In this document: positions 19,350 to 28,225 of the stretch, piece by piece
Numbering within the stretch: position 1 is the first letter of the stretch
How the letters are laid out: each line of letters starts with the position of its first letter
Assembly: GCA_964520505.1 (NCBI GenBank)
Contig: CAZFQP010000002.1
Location: forward strand, 26,804-90,803
Origin: an uncultured Candidatus Saccharibacteria bacterium
GTDB lineage: Bacteria; Patescibacteriota; Doudnabacteria; UBA920
Direction: 5' to 3'
Length of the DNA stretch: 64,000 bases
Notes under the pieces: generated by a model
Told to the model about the DNA's origin: nothing
Database searches by the model: none
Seen by the model: the letters and a program-made list of their open reading frames with translations, nothing else
Program-made: the position numbers and the translations under genes

Positions 19350-21098
19350 ATGAACGGTTTTCCCCAAAATTTAATCTCTTACACCAAAGCCGCGGCCTTG
19401 GGCGTTAAAGAACTCAAGCACATAAGCCTTTCCCGTTTGCGGAAAGTTTTTTCTTTAATGGATAAAAATGAAAAAATCGCCTTGAGCGTTTTATTCTTAG
19501 CGGCGCTTTTAAGCCTGGCTTGGTCCGGCCGAAATTTTTATTTGAGCCACACTACTCCAGCGCCGGCCATCGGTGGCAGCTATACTGAAGGCTTACTTGG
19601 GCAGCCGACTTACATAAATCCCTTACTCTCACGACAGGAACCGGATGTATCTTTAACTAAACTGATTTTTTCCGGGCTCTATAAATATGACAGCGGCGGC
19701 CAACTTACAGCCGATCTAGCCGACGGCTTGCCCATAATTTCAGCTGACCAAAAACAATACACTATAAATTTAAGACGGGATGTCCGCTGGCACAATGACA
19801 AAATATTTAACGCTGATGATGTAATTTTTACCATTGGCATGCTCAAAGATCCGGCCTATAAGAGTCCGCTCAGACCGCTCTGGCAAGCTACTACCGTAGA
19901 AAAAATTTCCGATTATTCGGTCAAGTTCACAACCAAAGACATTTCCGGACCATTTTTGGACAACCTGACCCTGCCGATTATGCCCAAAGCCGTATGGAGC
20001 AAGGTGGAAACTCAAAACTTCTTACTGTCTAAATTCAACCTCGAGGCCATTGGCAGCGGACCGTACGCGATTAAAGAAATAAAAAAACTTCCTAGCGGTA
20101 AAATTGAAGAAATTTTACTTCAAGCCAACCAAAATTATTTTTTAGGTCGTCCGAAAATAGACCAAGTAGGCATAAAATTTTATGACGCCGAACAAGATAT
20201 ATTAAATGCCTTTCACAGCCGAGAAATTAACGGGTTTGGCTTTATTCCCTTAGGTAGCAGCTTGTATTTAGACAAGGATCGTTCGGAAACCCAAGTCATG
20301 AATATCCCCCTGCCCCAATATCAAGTAGTATTTTTTAACCTGACCAATAAGATTTTGGCCGAACAACCGGTACGGCAGGCTTTAGCTCTGGCCACGGACA
20401 AAAAACAAATTATTGAGCAAGTATTTAAAAATAATGCTCTTATCCCCTCTTCCCCGCTACTGTTAACTGCTGCAGCTGAGACCAAATATCCCGAAACCCT
20501 AGACACGGAAAAGGCTAAAGCTTTGTTGGAAAATGCCGGTTGGAAAATTGACCCGCAAACCGGCAACCGAGTAAAGAAAAATGTTACCTTAGAATTTACC
20601 ATTGCCACTAATGATTCACTGGTTAATTCCAAAGCTGCCGAGTTGTTGGCCAACCAATGGCGATCTTTAAACATTAAAGTTAATTTGACCGTTCTGCCCA
20701 GCAAACAATTGTCCGATACCCTTATTAAGCCACGCACATTTGATGTATTGTTGTTCCCGCAAAAATTTGGCGCTGACCCCGACCCGTTCCTGTTTTGGCA
20801 CTCCAGCCAAGCTAAAGATCCGGGATTCAACCTAACCGGTTTCCAAGACGCGGCGGCGGATAAATTAATTACCGAAGCCCGCACTACCACCGACCGGAAA
20901 ACCAGAGAAGAAAAATATCAGCAATTTAACGACATAATTGTCGCCAGGATTCCGGTAATTTTCTTAGATCAGACAATGTTTGTTTATGCACTGGATAAAA
21001 AAATAAAAAATGTCGGGTATGAAAAACTTTACGACCCCTCAATGCGCTTTTACGATATTACCAACTGGTATATTTCGGAAAACCGAGTGTGGCAATGA
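19350..21098 (+). CDS. ABC transporter substrate-binding protein, family 5 (OppA/DppA-like), membrane-anchored
   Basis: 582 aa; N-terminal TM anchor; SBP_bac_5-like architecture. Confidence 0.7.
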   Translation: MNGFPQNLISYTKAAALGVKELKHISLSRLRKVFSLMDKNEKIALSVLFLAALLSLAWSGRNFYLSHTTPAPAIGGSYTEGLLGQPTYINPLLSRQEPDVSLTKLIFSGLYKYDSGGQLTADLADGLPIISADQKQYTINLRRDVRWHNDKIFNADDVIFTIGMLKDPAYKSPLRPLWQATTVEKISDYSVKFTTKDISGPFLDNLTLPIMPKAVWSKVETQNFLLSKFNLEAIGSGPYAIKEIKKLPSGKIEEILLQANQNYFLGRPKIDQVGIKFYDAEQDILNAFHSREINGFGFIPLGSSLYLDKDRSETQVMNIPLPQYQVVFFNLTNKILAEQPVRQALALATDKKQIIEQVFKNNALIPSSPLLLTAAAETKYPETLDTEKAKALLENAGWKIDPQTGNRVKKNVTLEFTIATNDSLVNSKAAELLANQWRSLNIKVNLTVLPSKQLSDTLIKPRTFDVLLFPQKFGADPDPFLFWHSSQAKDPGFNLTGFQDAAADKLITEARTTTDRKTREEKYQQFNDIIVARIPVIFLDQTMFVYALDKKIKNVGYEKLYDPSMRFYDITNWYISENRVWQ

Positions 21099-21155
21099 AA
21101 CTATTGAAGATTTTTGATATAAGATTTAAGATATAAGAACAAATCAACTTTATTT

Positions 21156-21242
21156 GCCCAGGTGGCGGAATTGGTATACGCGCACGTTTCAGGTACGTGT
21201 GGGAGTAATCCCGTGGAGGTTCGAGTCCTCTCCTGGGCACCA
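21156..21242 (+). tRNA. tRNA-Leu (anticodon CAG)
   Basis: cloverleaf read by hand: acceptor GCCCAGG/CCTGGGC, anticodon stem CACGT/ACGTG with loop TTCAGGT, long class-II variable arm, T-arm GGAGG-TTCGAGT-CCTCT, encoded CCA. Confidence 0.85.
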
Positions 21243-21366
21243 GCCTTCGCTAAAGCTACGGCTGGCCTTTGGCCAGAAATAGTTTTATCGACAAAGATAA
21301 TTAGAAAAAATGGATACTAATCGAGGCCGCGCGCCTAAACCAGACGAAGACGGGGATTAAAGATTT

Positions 21367-21395
21367 TTGACAAAAAAACCATTAGATGCTATAAT
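21367..21395 (+). promoter_or_regulatory. consensus sigma70 promoter TTGACA-N17-TATAAT, ~335 nt upstream of rnj
   Basis: perfect hexamers; would give a long structured leader or a separate small RNA ending at the 21660-21705 hairpin plus T-run. Confidence 0.5.
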
Positions 21396-21731
21396 TATAG
21401 AAATTGTTCGATTTCCTTCAGAAATTTACCCGGTTAGAAATAAAAAGGATAAATCTAAAGCCAAAACAAATCACTGCCTTAAAAGACTGGTTTATAAAAA
21501 ATTAGTCAAAATTTCTAACGGGGCAGAAAGCAAAATCAATTAGTAAATAACAGTTAAAAAACTTCTTTTTGTTTGTTATTTGTTAATTGCGTAATATTCG
21601 CAAGGCCCGTGCTAGGTCGGTATAGATTCCACTTACCCGGGAAACAAAATTCTAATAAGTAACATTCAAGCTTTCTTTGCTTGAATGAATTAACATAGTT
21701 TCTCCGATTTTTTCGGTTAAGCTACAAATAC

Positions 21732-23615
21732 ATGATAAAAAGACAAGATCACAGACATCACCGCCCGCCACAACATGGCCGGTCGGCTGGTTTTGGCAAA
21801 CACAATTTGCCAAACCAAAAAAATGACACGAGCAAAACCACCGGCGCCGAAAGCGGCGACCGGCTGGAAGCTTTAATTAACAAGGCCACCGGCTTGGACC
21901 AAAACCGCCGAACAGAACTAAATACCAGTCGCTATACCGCCTCCCGCCAAAACTTACGGATTATTCCGATGGGTGGAGTGGAAGAAGTCGGTGAAAATAT
22001 GACCGTACTGGAATACGGCGACGACCTCATTGTTATAGATATGGGATTAGCCTTCCCCGACGACACCATGCCGGGAATAGATTACATTATTCCCGACACC
22101 AAATGGCTGGAAGAAAACAAGCGCCGCATTCGCGGAGTCATTATTACTCACGGTCACTTGGACCACATTGGTGCCGTGCCTTATATTTTGCCAAAAATTG
22201 GCGATCCGCCGGTTTACACTATGGGTCTGACTGCTGCTTTTATTAAAAAGCGCCTTGAAGAATTTGGCCTGCTTGGCCGTTCGAAGATTAATGTTTTAAC
22301 CAAAGACGACGTTTTGGCTTTAGGCAACTTTAAAATTCGGTTTTTCCGCCTCAACCATAGCATCCCCGACTCCGTCGGTTTGTGTATTACCACTCCGGTT
22401 GGCCAAATAATTTACGCCACAGACTGGAAATTCGATCACACCCCGGCTGACGGTAAACCAACGGAATTTGATAAAATTGCCAAATTCGGTGCCGAAGGCG
22501 TCACTTTGCTGATGTCCGATTCTACCAATGCCACTAAACCGGGATACTGTGCTTCTGAGCGCGAAATTGGCCTGACCATAGACCGTACTTTTGCCGATAT
22601 TAAGGGAAGAATAATTTTTGCCAACTTCTCCACTAACATTTCCCGTATTCAGCAAGTTTTTGATTCCTCGGCCAAATATAACCGCAAAGTTATTGTCACC
22701 GGTCGCAGCTTGGTCAACAACATTGAAATTGCGCTGTCTTTGGGCTACCTAAAAATTCAGCCGAAAATAATTATTAAGTCCGAACAGGCAAAAAAATTCC
22801 CGGACAGCCAAATTTTAATTTTAACCACCGGCGCCCAAGGGGAAGAAGCGGCCGGACTGGCGCGCATTGCCCGTGGTGACCATAAAACCGTAAAAATTAA
22901 AAAGGGCGACACCACAATTGTCTCCGCCTCCCCTATTCCGGGAAATGAACGGGCTATTTCGGCAATGCTCTCCAACTTAACCCGCTTAGGAAGTCATGTA
23001 ATTTACAACAAAACTTTAGACATCCACACTTCCGGACACGCGCACCAGGAAGAATTAAAACTAATGATGGCTTTGGTCAAACCAAAATTCTTTATGCCGA
23101 TTCACGGTGAGCACCATATGATAGTAGCTCACGCGGATTTGGCCAGAACTATGGGCATTCCAGATTCCAATATTTTTGCGCTCGACAACGGACAAATTTT
23201 GGAAATTACTTCCGCCAAGGAAGCTAAAATTACCGAAGACTCCAAAATCTCCAGCGGCTACGTGTTTATAGACGGCCTGGGTATTGGCGATGTCGGTGAA
23301 GTAGTTATCCGCGACCGCCAGGTTATGGCACAAGACGGAATGTTCGTAATTATTATGACTTTAGACCGTCGCAGCGGCAAGCTTATTAGTCAACCCGACA
23401 TTATTTCCCGCGGATTCATTTATATGAAGGGTAATGATGATCTAATTAGAGAAGTAAAACACGAAGTAAGAAAATTAGTTGAAAGCAAAGGCAAAGAAAA
23501 ACTGGAACCTAACTATGCCTATTTGCGCAATGTTGTCCGTGATGAAATCGGCGAATATCTATATCAGAAAACAGAAAGACGCCCGATGGTTTTACCGGTC
23601 GTGATAGAAATCTAA
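21732..23615 (+). CDS. rnj: ribonuclease J (metallo-beta-lactamase/beta-CASP)
   Basis: 627 aa; 'HGHLDHIG' motif, beta-CASP and C-terminal domains; ~75-aa basic N-terminal extension. Confidence 0.9.
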   Translation: MIKRQDHRHHRPPQHGRSAGFGKHNLPNQKNDTSKTTGAESGDRLEALINKATGLDQNRRTELNTSRYTASRQNLRIIPMGGVEEVGENMTVLEYGDDLIVIDMGLAFPDDTMPGIDYIIPDTKWLEENKRRIRGVIITHGHLDHIGAVPYILPKIGDPPVYTMGLTAAFIKKRLEEFGLLGRSKINVLTKDDVLALGNFKIRFFRLNHSIPDSVGLCITTPVGQIIYATDWKFDHTPADGKPTEFDKIAKFGAEGVTLLMSDSTNATKPGYCASEREIGLTIDRTFADIKGRIIFANFSTNISRIQQVFDSSAKYNRKVIVTGRSLVNNIEIALSLGYLKIQPKIIIKSEQAKKFPDSQILILTTGAQGEEAAGLARIARGDHKTVKIKKGDTTIVSASPIPGNERAISAMLSNLTRLGSHVIYNKTLDIHTSGHAHQEELKLMMALVKPKFFMPIHGEHHMIVAHADLARTMGIPDSNIFALDNGQILEITSAKEAKITEDSKISSGYVFIDGLGIGDVGEVVIRDRQVMAQDGMFVIIMTLDRRSGKLISQPDIISRGFIYMKGNDDLIREVKHEVRKLVESKGKEKLEPNYAYLRNVVRDEIGEYLYQKTERRPMVLPVVIEI

Positions 23616-23672
23616 ATATAAAAAATCCCGCCTCCGATTGAATCGGGGCGGGATTTTTGTTATACTCTGAGT

Positions 23673-24785
23673 ATGGAAAAACAAACTATTGTTTCCGGAG
23701 TCAGGGCTTCGGGCAAACTACATATAGGCAATTACTTAGGCGCATTGCAGCAATGGGTAGAACTGCAAAATCAAGGCCATAATTGCTATTTTTTTATAGC
23801 CGACCTACACGGCATTACTACCCCGTTTAAGCCTGAGGAGCTTTCCCAAAACACTTTAGATGTTGCCGCCACTTATTTAGCCGCAGGTATTGACCCGGAA
23901 AAGTCTGTGTTCTTTTTGCAAAATCATATTTTAGAACACGCCACTCTGGCCTGGATTTTTAATTGCATTCTTCCTTTAGGCGAACTGGAACGAATGACTC
24001 AGTTTAAAGACAAGGCTGGAATACCACCTGTCCTGAAAGAGAATTTTGATGAAATTAAAAAAACTTTAGAAAACGCAAAGAAAAACAAAAGTGGTAAAAT
24101 TGATATTAAGGATATAACGCCACTTCTTAACATTTCCGAGGATCTCACTAAAGTTATTGTTGCTAGAGGACAATCAAATGCCGGACTGCTAACTTACCCC
24201 GCATTAATGGCTGCGGATATTTTAATGTATAAGCCGTCTGCTGTGCCGGTTGGCGAAGACCAAACCCAGCACGTGGAATTGTCCCGCGTGGTGGCCAGAA
24301 AATTCAACAACCGCTTTGGCAAAACCTTCCCCGAACCCCACACCTTTCTGCGCAAGCCTCTGAGAATTATGTCACTTTCTGACCCGACAAAGAAAATGAG
24401 CAAAACCGGAGACGAAGCAATTTTAATGGATGACTCCCCCGCGGAAATTTCTCGCAAACTAAAAAAAGCCGTAACCGCGTCCGAAGCCGGACATAAATCT
24501 CCGGGAGTTGAGAATTTATTTTCTTTGCTCGAACACTTTGGCAACAAAGAAGAAGTCGCGTTTTTCCAGGATCAGCAAAAACAAGGCAACTTAAAATTTA
24601 GCGAACTCAAGGAAACCTTAGCTAAGGACATTGCTACTTATTTTGAAAGCTTTAGAGAAAAGAAACAGGAACTGTTAGCCAAACCGGATTATTTGGCAAA
24701 AATTTTAGGACAAGGGGCAGACCGTGCCCGCGCGGTTGCAAGCGCGACCTTAATTGAAGTGAAACAAAAAATAGGACTGCTCTAA
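23673..24785 (+). CDS. trpS: tryptophan--tRNA ligase
   Basis: 370 aa; HIGH ('HIGNYLGA') and KMSKS ('KMSKT'); ~50-aa insertion relative to the Bacillus/E. coli enzyme. Confidence 0.9.
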   Translation: MEKQTIVSGVRASGKLHIGNYLGALQQWVELQNQGHNCYFFIADLHGITTPFKPEELSQNTLDVAATYLAAGIDPEKSVFFLQNHILEHATLAWIFNCILPLGELERMTQFKDKAGIPPVLKENFDEIKKTLENAKKNKSGKIDIKDITPLLNISEDLTKVIVARGQSNAGLLTYPALMAADILMYKPSAVPVGEDQTQHVELSRVVARKFNNRFGKTFPEPHTFLRKPLRIMSLSDPTKKMSKTGDEAILMDDSPAEISRKLKKAVTASEAGHKSPGVENLFSLLEHFGNKEEVAFFQDQQKQGNLKFSELKETLAKDIATYFESFREKKQELLAKPDYLAKILGQGADRARAVASATLIEVKQKIGLL

Positions 24786-24803
24786 ATTAGAGCAGTCTTT
24801 TTT
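24775..24803 (+). terminator. rho-independent terminator of trpS
   Basis: GACTGCTC/GAGCAGTC stem plus T6, overlapping the stop codon. Confidence 0.6.
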
Positions 24804-24892
24804 AATATAAGAAATTTATGATTTTTATTATAGCAATTAAAATAGGCAACTAATTTTTTGGTTGTCTTTTTCAATTTCTATAAGGAGGCATT

Positions 24893-25237
24893 ATGTCGGT
24901 AAACGCGGCAAGTATTCTTTTAGTTGTCTGCTCGCACGAAGCCGAAGCACGCTTCCTAGCCACAACCTGGAGCAAAACCGCATCCTGGTGCGGGATCATG
25001 TTGGCTCACTGGCCTGCGGAAATCCACTTCCAAAGAATGATTCTGGCACTAAGCTACGGCGGGAATATAAAACCTTCGGAAGTACCGGCCTGGGTCGAGG
25101 AAGTATCCTACTTTCCCGGCTGCGCGGATTTTTCAGCGGTGCGCAACAGATTATGGCCAAAAACCTTCCAAAATGGCAACGCCCACCCGGAGGTTAAATT
25201 TACGAATTTGTTTGTGAGAAAGGAGGCTGACAAATGA
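24893..25237 (+). CDS. hypothetical protein (GC-rich cassette D, gene 1)
   Basis: 114 aa; AAGGAGG 5 nt upstream; its stop overlaps the next start (ATGA). Confidence 0.5.
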   Translation: MSVNAASILLVVCSHEAEARFLATTWSKTASWCGIMLAHWPAEIHFQRMILALSYGGNIKPSEVPAWVEEVSYFPGCADFSAVRNRLWPKTFQNGNAHPEVKFTNLFVRKEADK

Positions 25238-25548
25238 CGGCTATACTGGTCTTCTCAAACGCGAAGGACATGTGGCTGGCATACCGCAGCCTGACAGGTC
25301 TTAAGCTCTATCGGATTGAGACAAATCTTCCGCTTTCGGACCGCGACGTCCGTTGGCAACTGCGCGACAAACGCTCCCTAATTTTTATTGGGATAGACGG
25401 CGCAATTCCGTCAATCATCAAACACAATCTTATGGGGGCAAAGGTGATGGTTGTTAACGGAACCGTAACCCAAAGTTTCGTCAAACTGCAAACCCCGCCC
25501 GCCAAACCGACATTGTTTCTGGTTCAAACGGCCGCCAAGGCCGCCTAA
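25234..25548 (+). CDS. hypothetical protein (GC-rich cassette D, gene 2)
   Basis: 104 aa; AAGGAGG upstream; followed by a GGCCGCC hairpin terminator at 25563-25600. Confidence 0.5.
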   Translation: MTAILVFSNAKDMWLAYRSLTGLKLYRIETNLPLSDRDVRWQLRDKRSLIFIGIDGAIPSIIKHNLMGAKVMVVNGTVTQSFVKLQTPPAKPTLFLVQTAAKAA

Positions 25549-25562
25549 GCCGGAAAACAAGC

Positions 25563-25600
25563 AAAAGGCCGCCCGACTCATTGTCCGGCGGCCTTTTCAT
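25563..25600 (+). terminator. rho-independent terminator of cassette D
   Basis: AAAAGGCCGCC...GGCGGCCTTTTC. Confidence 0.65.
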
Positions 25601-25624
25601 TTCACAAAATAGTATAATTTTAAC

Positions 25625-26980
25625 CTATTGTTTAAACCTATTTATTAACTCGGTTAACTCCTGGCTTTTTGCTTCCATTACTTCCTTGCTGGTAGCTTCT
25701 AAATTTAACCGGATAATCGGCTCGGTGTTAGAACCACGAACAGAAAAACGCCAAGTTTCAAATTCTACAGCCACGCCGTCTAGTTCCGAAAGCTTGCCGG
25801 AGGCGTATTGTTTTTTAACTTCCGCCACTACTTCCGGAACACTGGTGACTTTAAAATTAGTTTCTTCAATGGCAAAATATTTGTCAAAATACGGCTGATA
25901 AATTTCACTCAATTTTTTTCCGCTGGTAGAAAGCATTTCCAAAATCAGCAAAAACGGCATTAGCCCGTTGTCTAAATAATAAAAATCTTTAAAGTAATAG
26001 TGCGCGGAAACTTCACCGCCAAACAGCGCGCCTTCTTTAATCATCTTTTCTTTGTAAAAGCTATGTCCGGTTTTCGTGACGTCAAACTCGCCGCCCAAAC
26101 TTTTAACCAGCCCGGCTGTGGCCCAGTTAAGTTTGGAATCAACTAAAATTTTTCCCGGACCGTGTTTTTTTATTAAGTATTCGGCCAAAACCGCGGTGGT
26201 AAAATAGCCGGATAAAAACCGTCCGGTTTCGTCAAAAAAGAAACAACGGTCGGCGTCGGCGTCCCAAGCCACGCCCAAAGCCGCGCCGGAAGATTTAATT
26301 AAAGCAATTGTTTCGTCACGATTAGAAGGGATAAGCGGATCCGGACGGCCTTTAGGAAAGTTGCCGTTCGGCTCTTGGTTTAGCCAAACGACATCTAAAT
26401 TAAATTTTTTAACCGCGGCTTGCACATTTTGGCCAATCGCCCCAAAATTCAAATTTGCCACCACTTTAAGAGGTTTGATTTTAGCCGCGTCTACCACCGA
26501 AAAAACTTTTTCCAAATACGGCTCGCGCACATCCAAACTGGAAACACTCCCCTGCTGTTCCGCCAAAAAGCTAAAACCCGAGGCGGCAATGTCGCGAATT
26601 TCATAAATCCCATTGTCGCCGGAAATCGGGGCTGATTTAGCCCGAACCATTTTCACGCCATTATACTCTTTGGGATTATGCGAAGCAGTAACCATTAATC
26701 CGCCATCTGAGCCGGCATGAACCACGGCAAAATACATCATATCGGTAGTCACAGTGCCAATGTCTATCACATTCACGCCAAAATCCGTAAAGCCTTTTAT
26801 GACTTGCGCGTGCAAAGCCGGCCCCGAAAGCCTGACATCGCGACCAACCACCACGGTTTTAGGCTGGATAAATTTGCAATAAGCCTGGGCAATTTTATAG
26901 GCCAGGTCTTCGTTAATTTGCGTCGGGTAAACCCCGCGAATGTCGTATGCTTTAAAAATTGAGGTGTCGATGTTATTCAT
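25625..26980 (-). CDS. phosphoglucomutase/phosphomannomutase (alpha-D-phosphohexomutase family)
   Basis: 451 aa; active-site 'TASHNP' loop and Mg-binding 'DADADR' motif. Confidence 0.85.
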   Translation of the reverse strand: MNNIDTSIFKAYDIRGVYPTQINEDLAYKIAQAYCKFIQPKTVVVGRDVRLSGPALHAQVIKGFTDFGVNVIDIGTVTTDMMYFAVVHAGSDGGLMVTASHNPKEYNGVKMVRAKSAPISGDNGIYEIRDIAASGFSFLAEQQGSVSSLDVREPYLEKVFSVVDAAKIKPLKVVANLNFGAIGQNVQAAVKKFNLDVVWLNQEPNGNFPKGRPDPLIPSNRDETIALIKSSGAALGVAWDADADRCFFFDETGRFLSGYFTTAVLAEYLIKKHGPGKILVDSKLNWATAGLVKSLGGEFDVTKTGHSFYKEKMIKEGALFGGEVSAHYYFKDFYYLDNGLMPFLLILEMLSTSGKKLSEIYQPYFDKYFAIEETNFKVTSVPEVVAEVKKQYASGKLSELDGVAVEFETWRFSVRGSNTEPIIRLNLEATSKEVMEAKSQELTELINRFKQ

Positions 26981-27095
26981 AGTATTTTTAATTACCTTAC
27001 TAACTCATTTTACTTTTTTCAAACAGCTAAGTCAAAAAGAAGCGCGCCCACTAACCCGAAGGTTTGCGGACGCGCTATGCTCTGGAAAATTCCTC

Positions 27096-27497
27096 TTATT
27101 GGATTTTAGCCAAATCCGACAGTAGGCCATAGTAACCGCAGTACGACTTCTGACCGCTCGCCGTAATAACTTCGAACAAAACAGCCAGAACACCTACCCG
27201 CTCCTTGGGGCGGATGTCCACGAGCTTCCTGCAATCCCAAACACGAATCGTAAGAGAGCGGTGCCGGGAACAATACCGCCGGCCATAACGGCGCCAGTGG
27301 CTTGCCAGTTTGTCATATGGCATCTTTTTCAGCCTAGAACCTGCCGGTCGCAGTGCGCGGGTGGTAGAGTAAAAGTCACTCACCCCAGCATGCTTCAGCA
27401 GGGCGCACAGATACTCAACCTGTGCCGGCTCGTTGCAAGAATCAATGTGTTTTAACCACACCTTCCTGCCGCATGGATCTTTCAGAAATAGGGCCAT
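27096..27497 (-). CDS. hypothetical Cys/His-containing protein (GC-rich cassette E, gene 2)
   Basis: 133 aa; ATG with GGGGGTGG upstream. Confidence 0.45.
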   Translation of the reverse strand: MALFLKDPCGRKVWLKHIDSCNEPAQVEYLCALLKHAGVSDFYSTTRALRPAGSRLKKMPYDKLASHWRRYGRRYCSRHRSLTIRVWDCRKLVDIRPKERVGVLAVLFEVITASGQKSYCGYYGLLSDLAKIQ

Positions 27498-27674
27498 TGG
27501 CCCACCCCCTACTTGGATTTCGCAAAGTCAGCTTGCTGAATCTGCGATTGCCAGAGTATAGCAAAAATAAAAGAAAAAGAAAAGAGGCGGCCGAGCAGGA
27601 TGCTCGGCCGCCATGCACGCCAACAAATGGCGGCGCTTGCGGGAAAAACAAAAACTATCAAAGCAGAACCAGCT

Positions 27675-28004
27675 CTACTGCACGTCATTAAGAGCGTTTG
27701 TCGCAGCCTGCCAGGCTTTGTCCAAAGCAACCTGCTGTCGCCGGACGAAACTCGGAAGGCCGCCAACTGGCTTTGCGGCATAGGCCTGTGCATCGCGGAA
27801 CTGCTTAACAGTCCCACAATAAACAACACCGCGAAGTGCCACTTCGACGTAGCGGAAGGGCTTGGTGCTATCAAAGCCCTGCCGACCTTCCAGGACAGAA
27901 AGCAACTCAACTATCAAGCTCCTGTCCTTAATGGACGTAATCTGCTTGCGGCTTCCGAAAGCCACCATTGACCCTGGGGTCAATTCGCTTCTGATGTTTT
28001 TCAA
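27675..28004 (-). CDS. hypothetical protein (GC-rich cassette E, gene 1)
   Basis: 109 aa; TTG start with AGGAGG 5 nt upstream; 12-bp GC hairpin plus T-run terminator at ~27590-27640 (minus strand). Confidence 0.45.
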   Translation of the reverse strand: MKNIRSELTPGSMVAFGSRKQITSIKDRSLIVELLSVLEGRQGFDSTKPFRYVEVALRGVVYCGTVKQFRDAQAYAAKPVGGLPSFVRRQQVALDKAWQAATNALNDVQ

Positions 28005-28225
28005 AATGACCTCCTACAGGACATCTGCAACCAGAACGAGATTTGGTTGCCGAATTTAATATCTATATTATGCCTATTTAATTCTTTTGTCAAAACCCCT
28101 GCCCCCCTTGGCCAAACTTATGAGATACTGATATACTGATGCGTGCAGATGCTATATAAAATACTGATTGCAAATATCCGTATTATCAGTATCATCTGTA
28201 TTAATCCGTATATTAGTATCATATT

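Noticed and set aside
21058-21240. 60-aa ORF on the minus strand
   Set aside because: Entirely overlaps the confidently folded tRNA-Leu(CAG).
22320-23333. Several 60-110-aa ORFs antisense to rnj
   Set aside because: Embedded in the antisense of a full-length, well-conserved RNase J gene; no start signals.
27509-27971. Overlapping ORFs 27509-27910 (-) and 27600-27971 (+)
   Set aside because: They overlap the better-supported TTG/SD-initiated gene 27675-28004 and the hairpin terminator, and have no start context.
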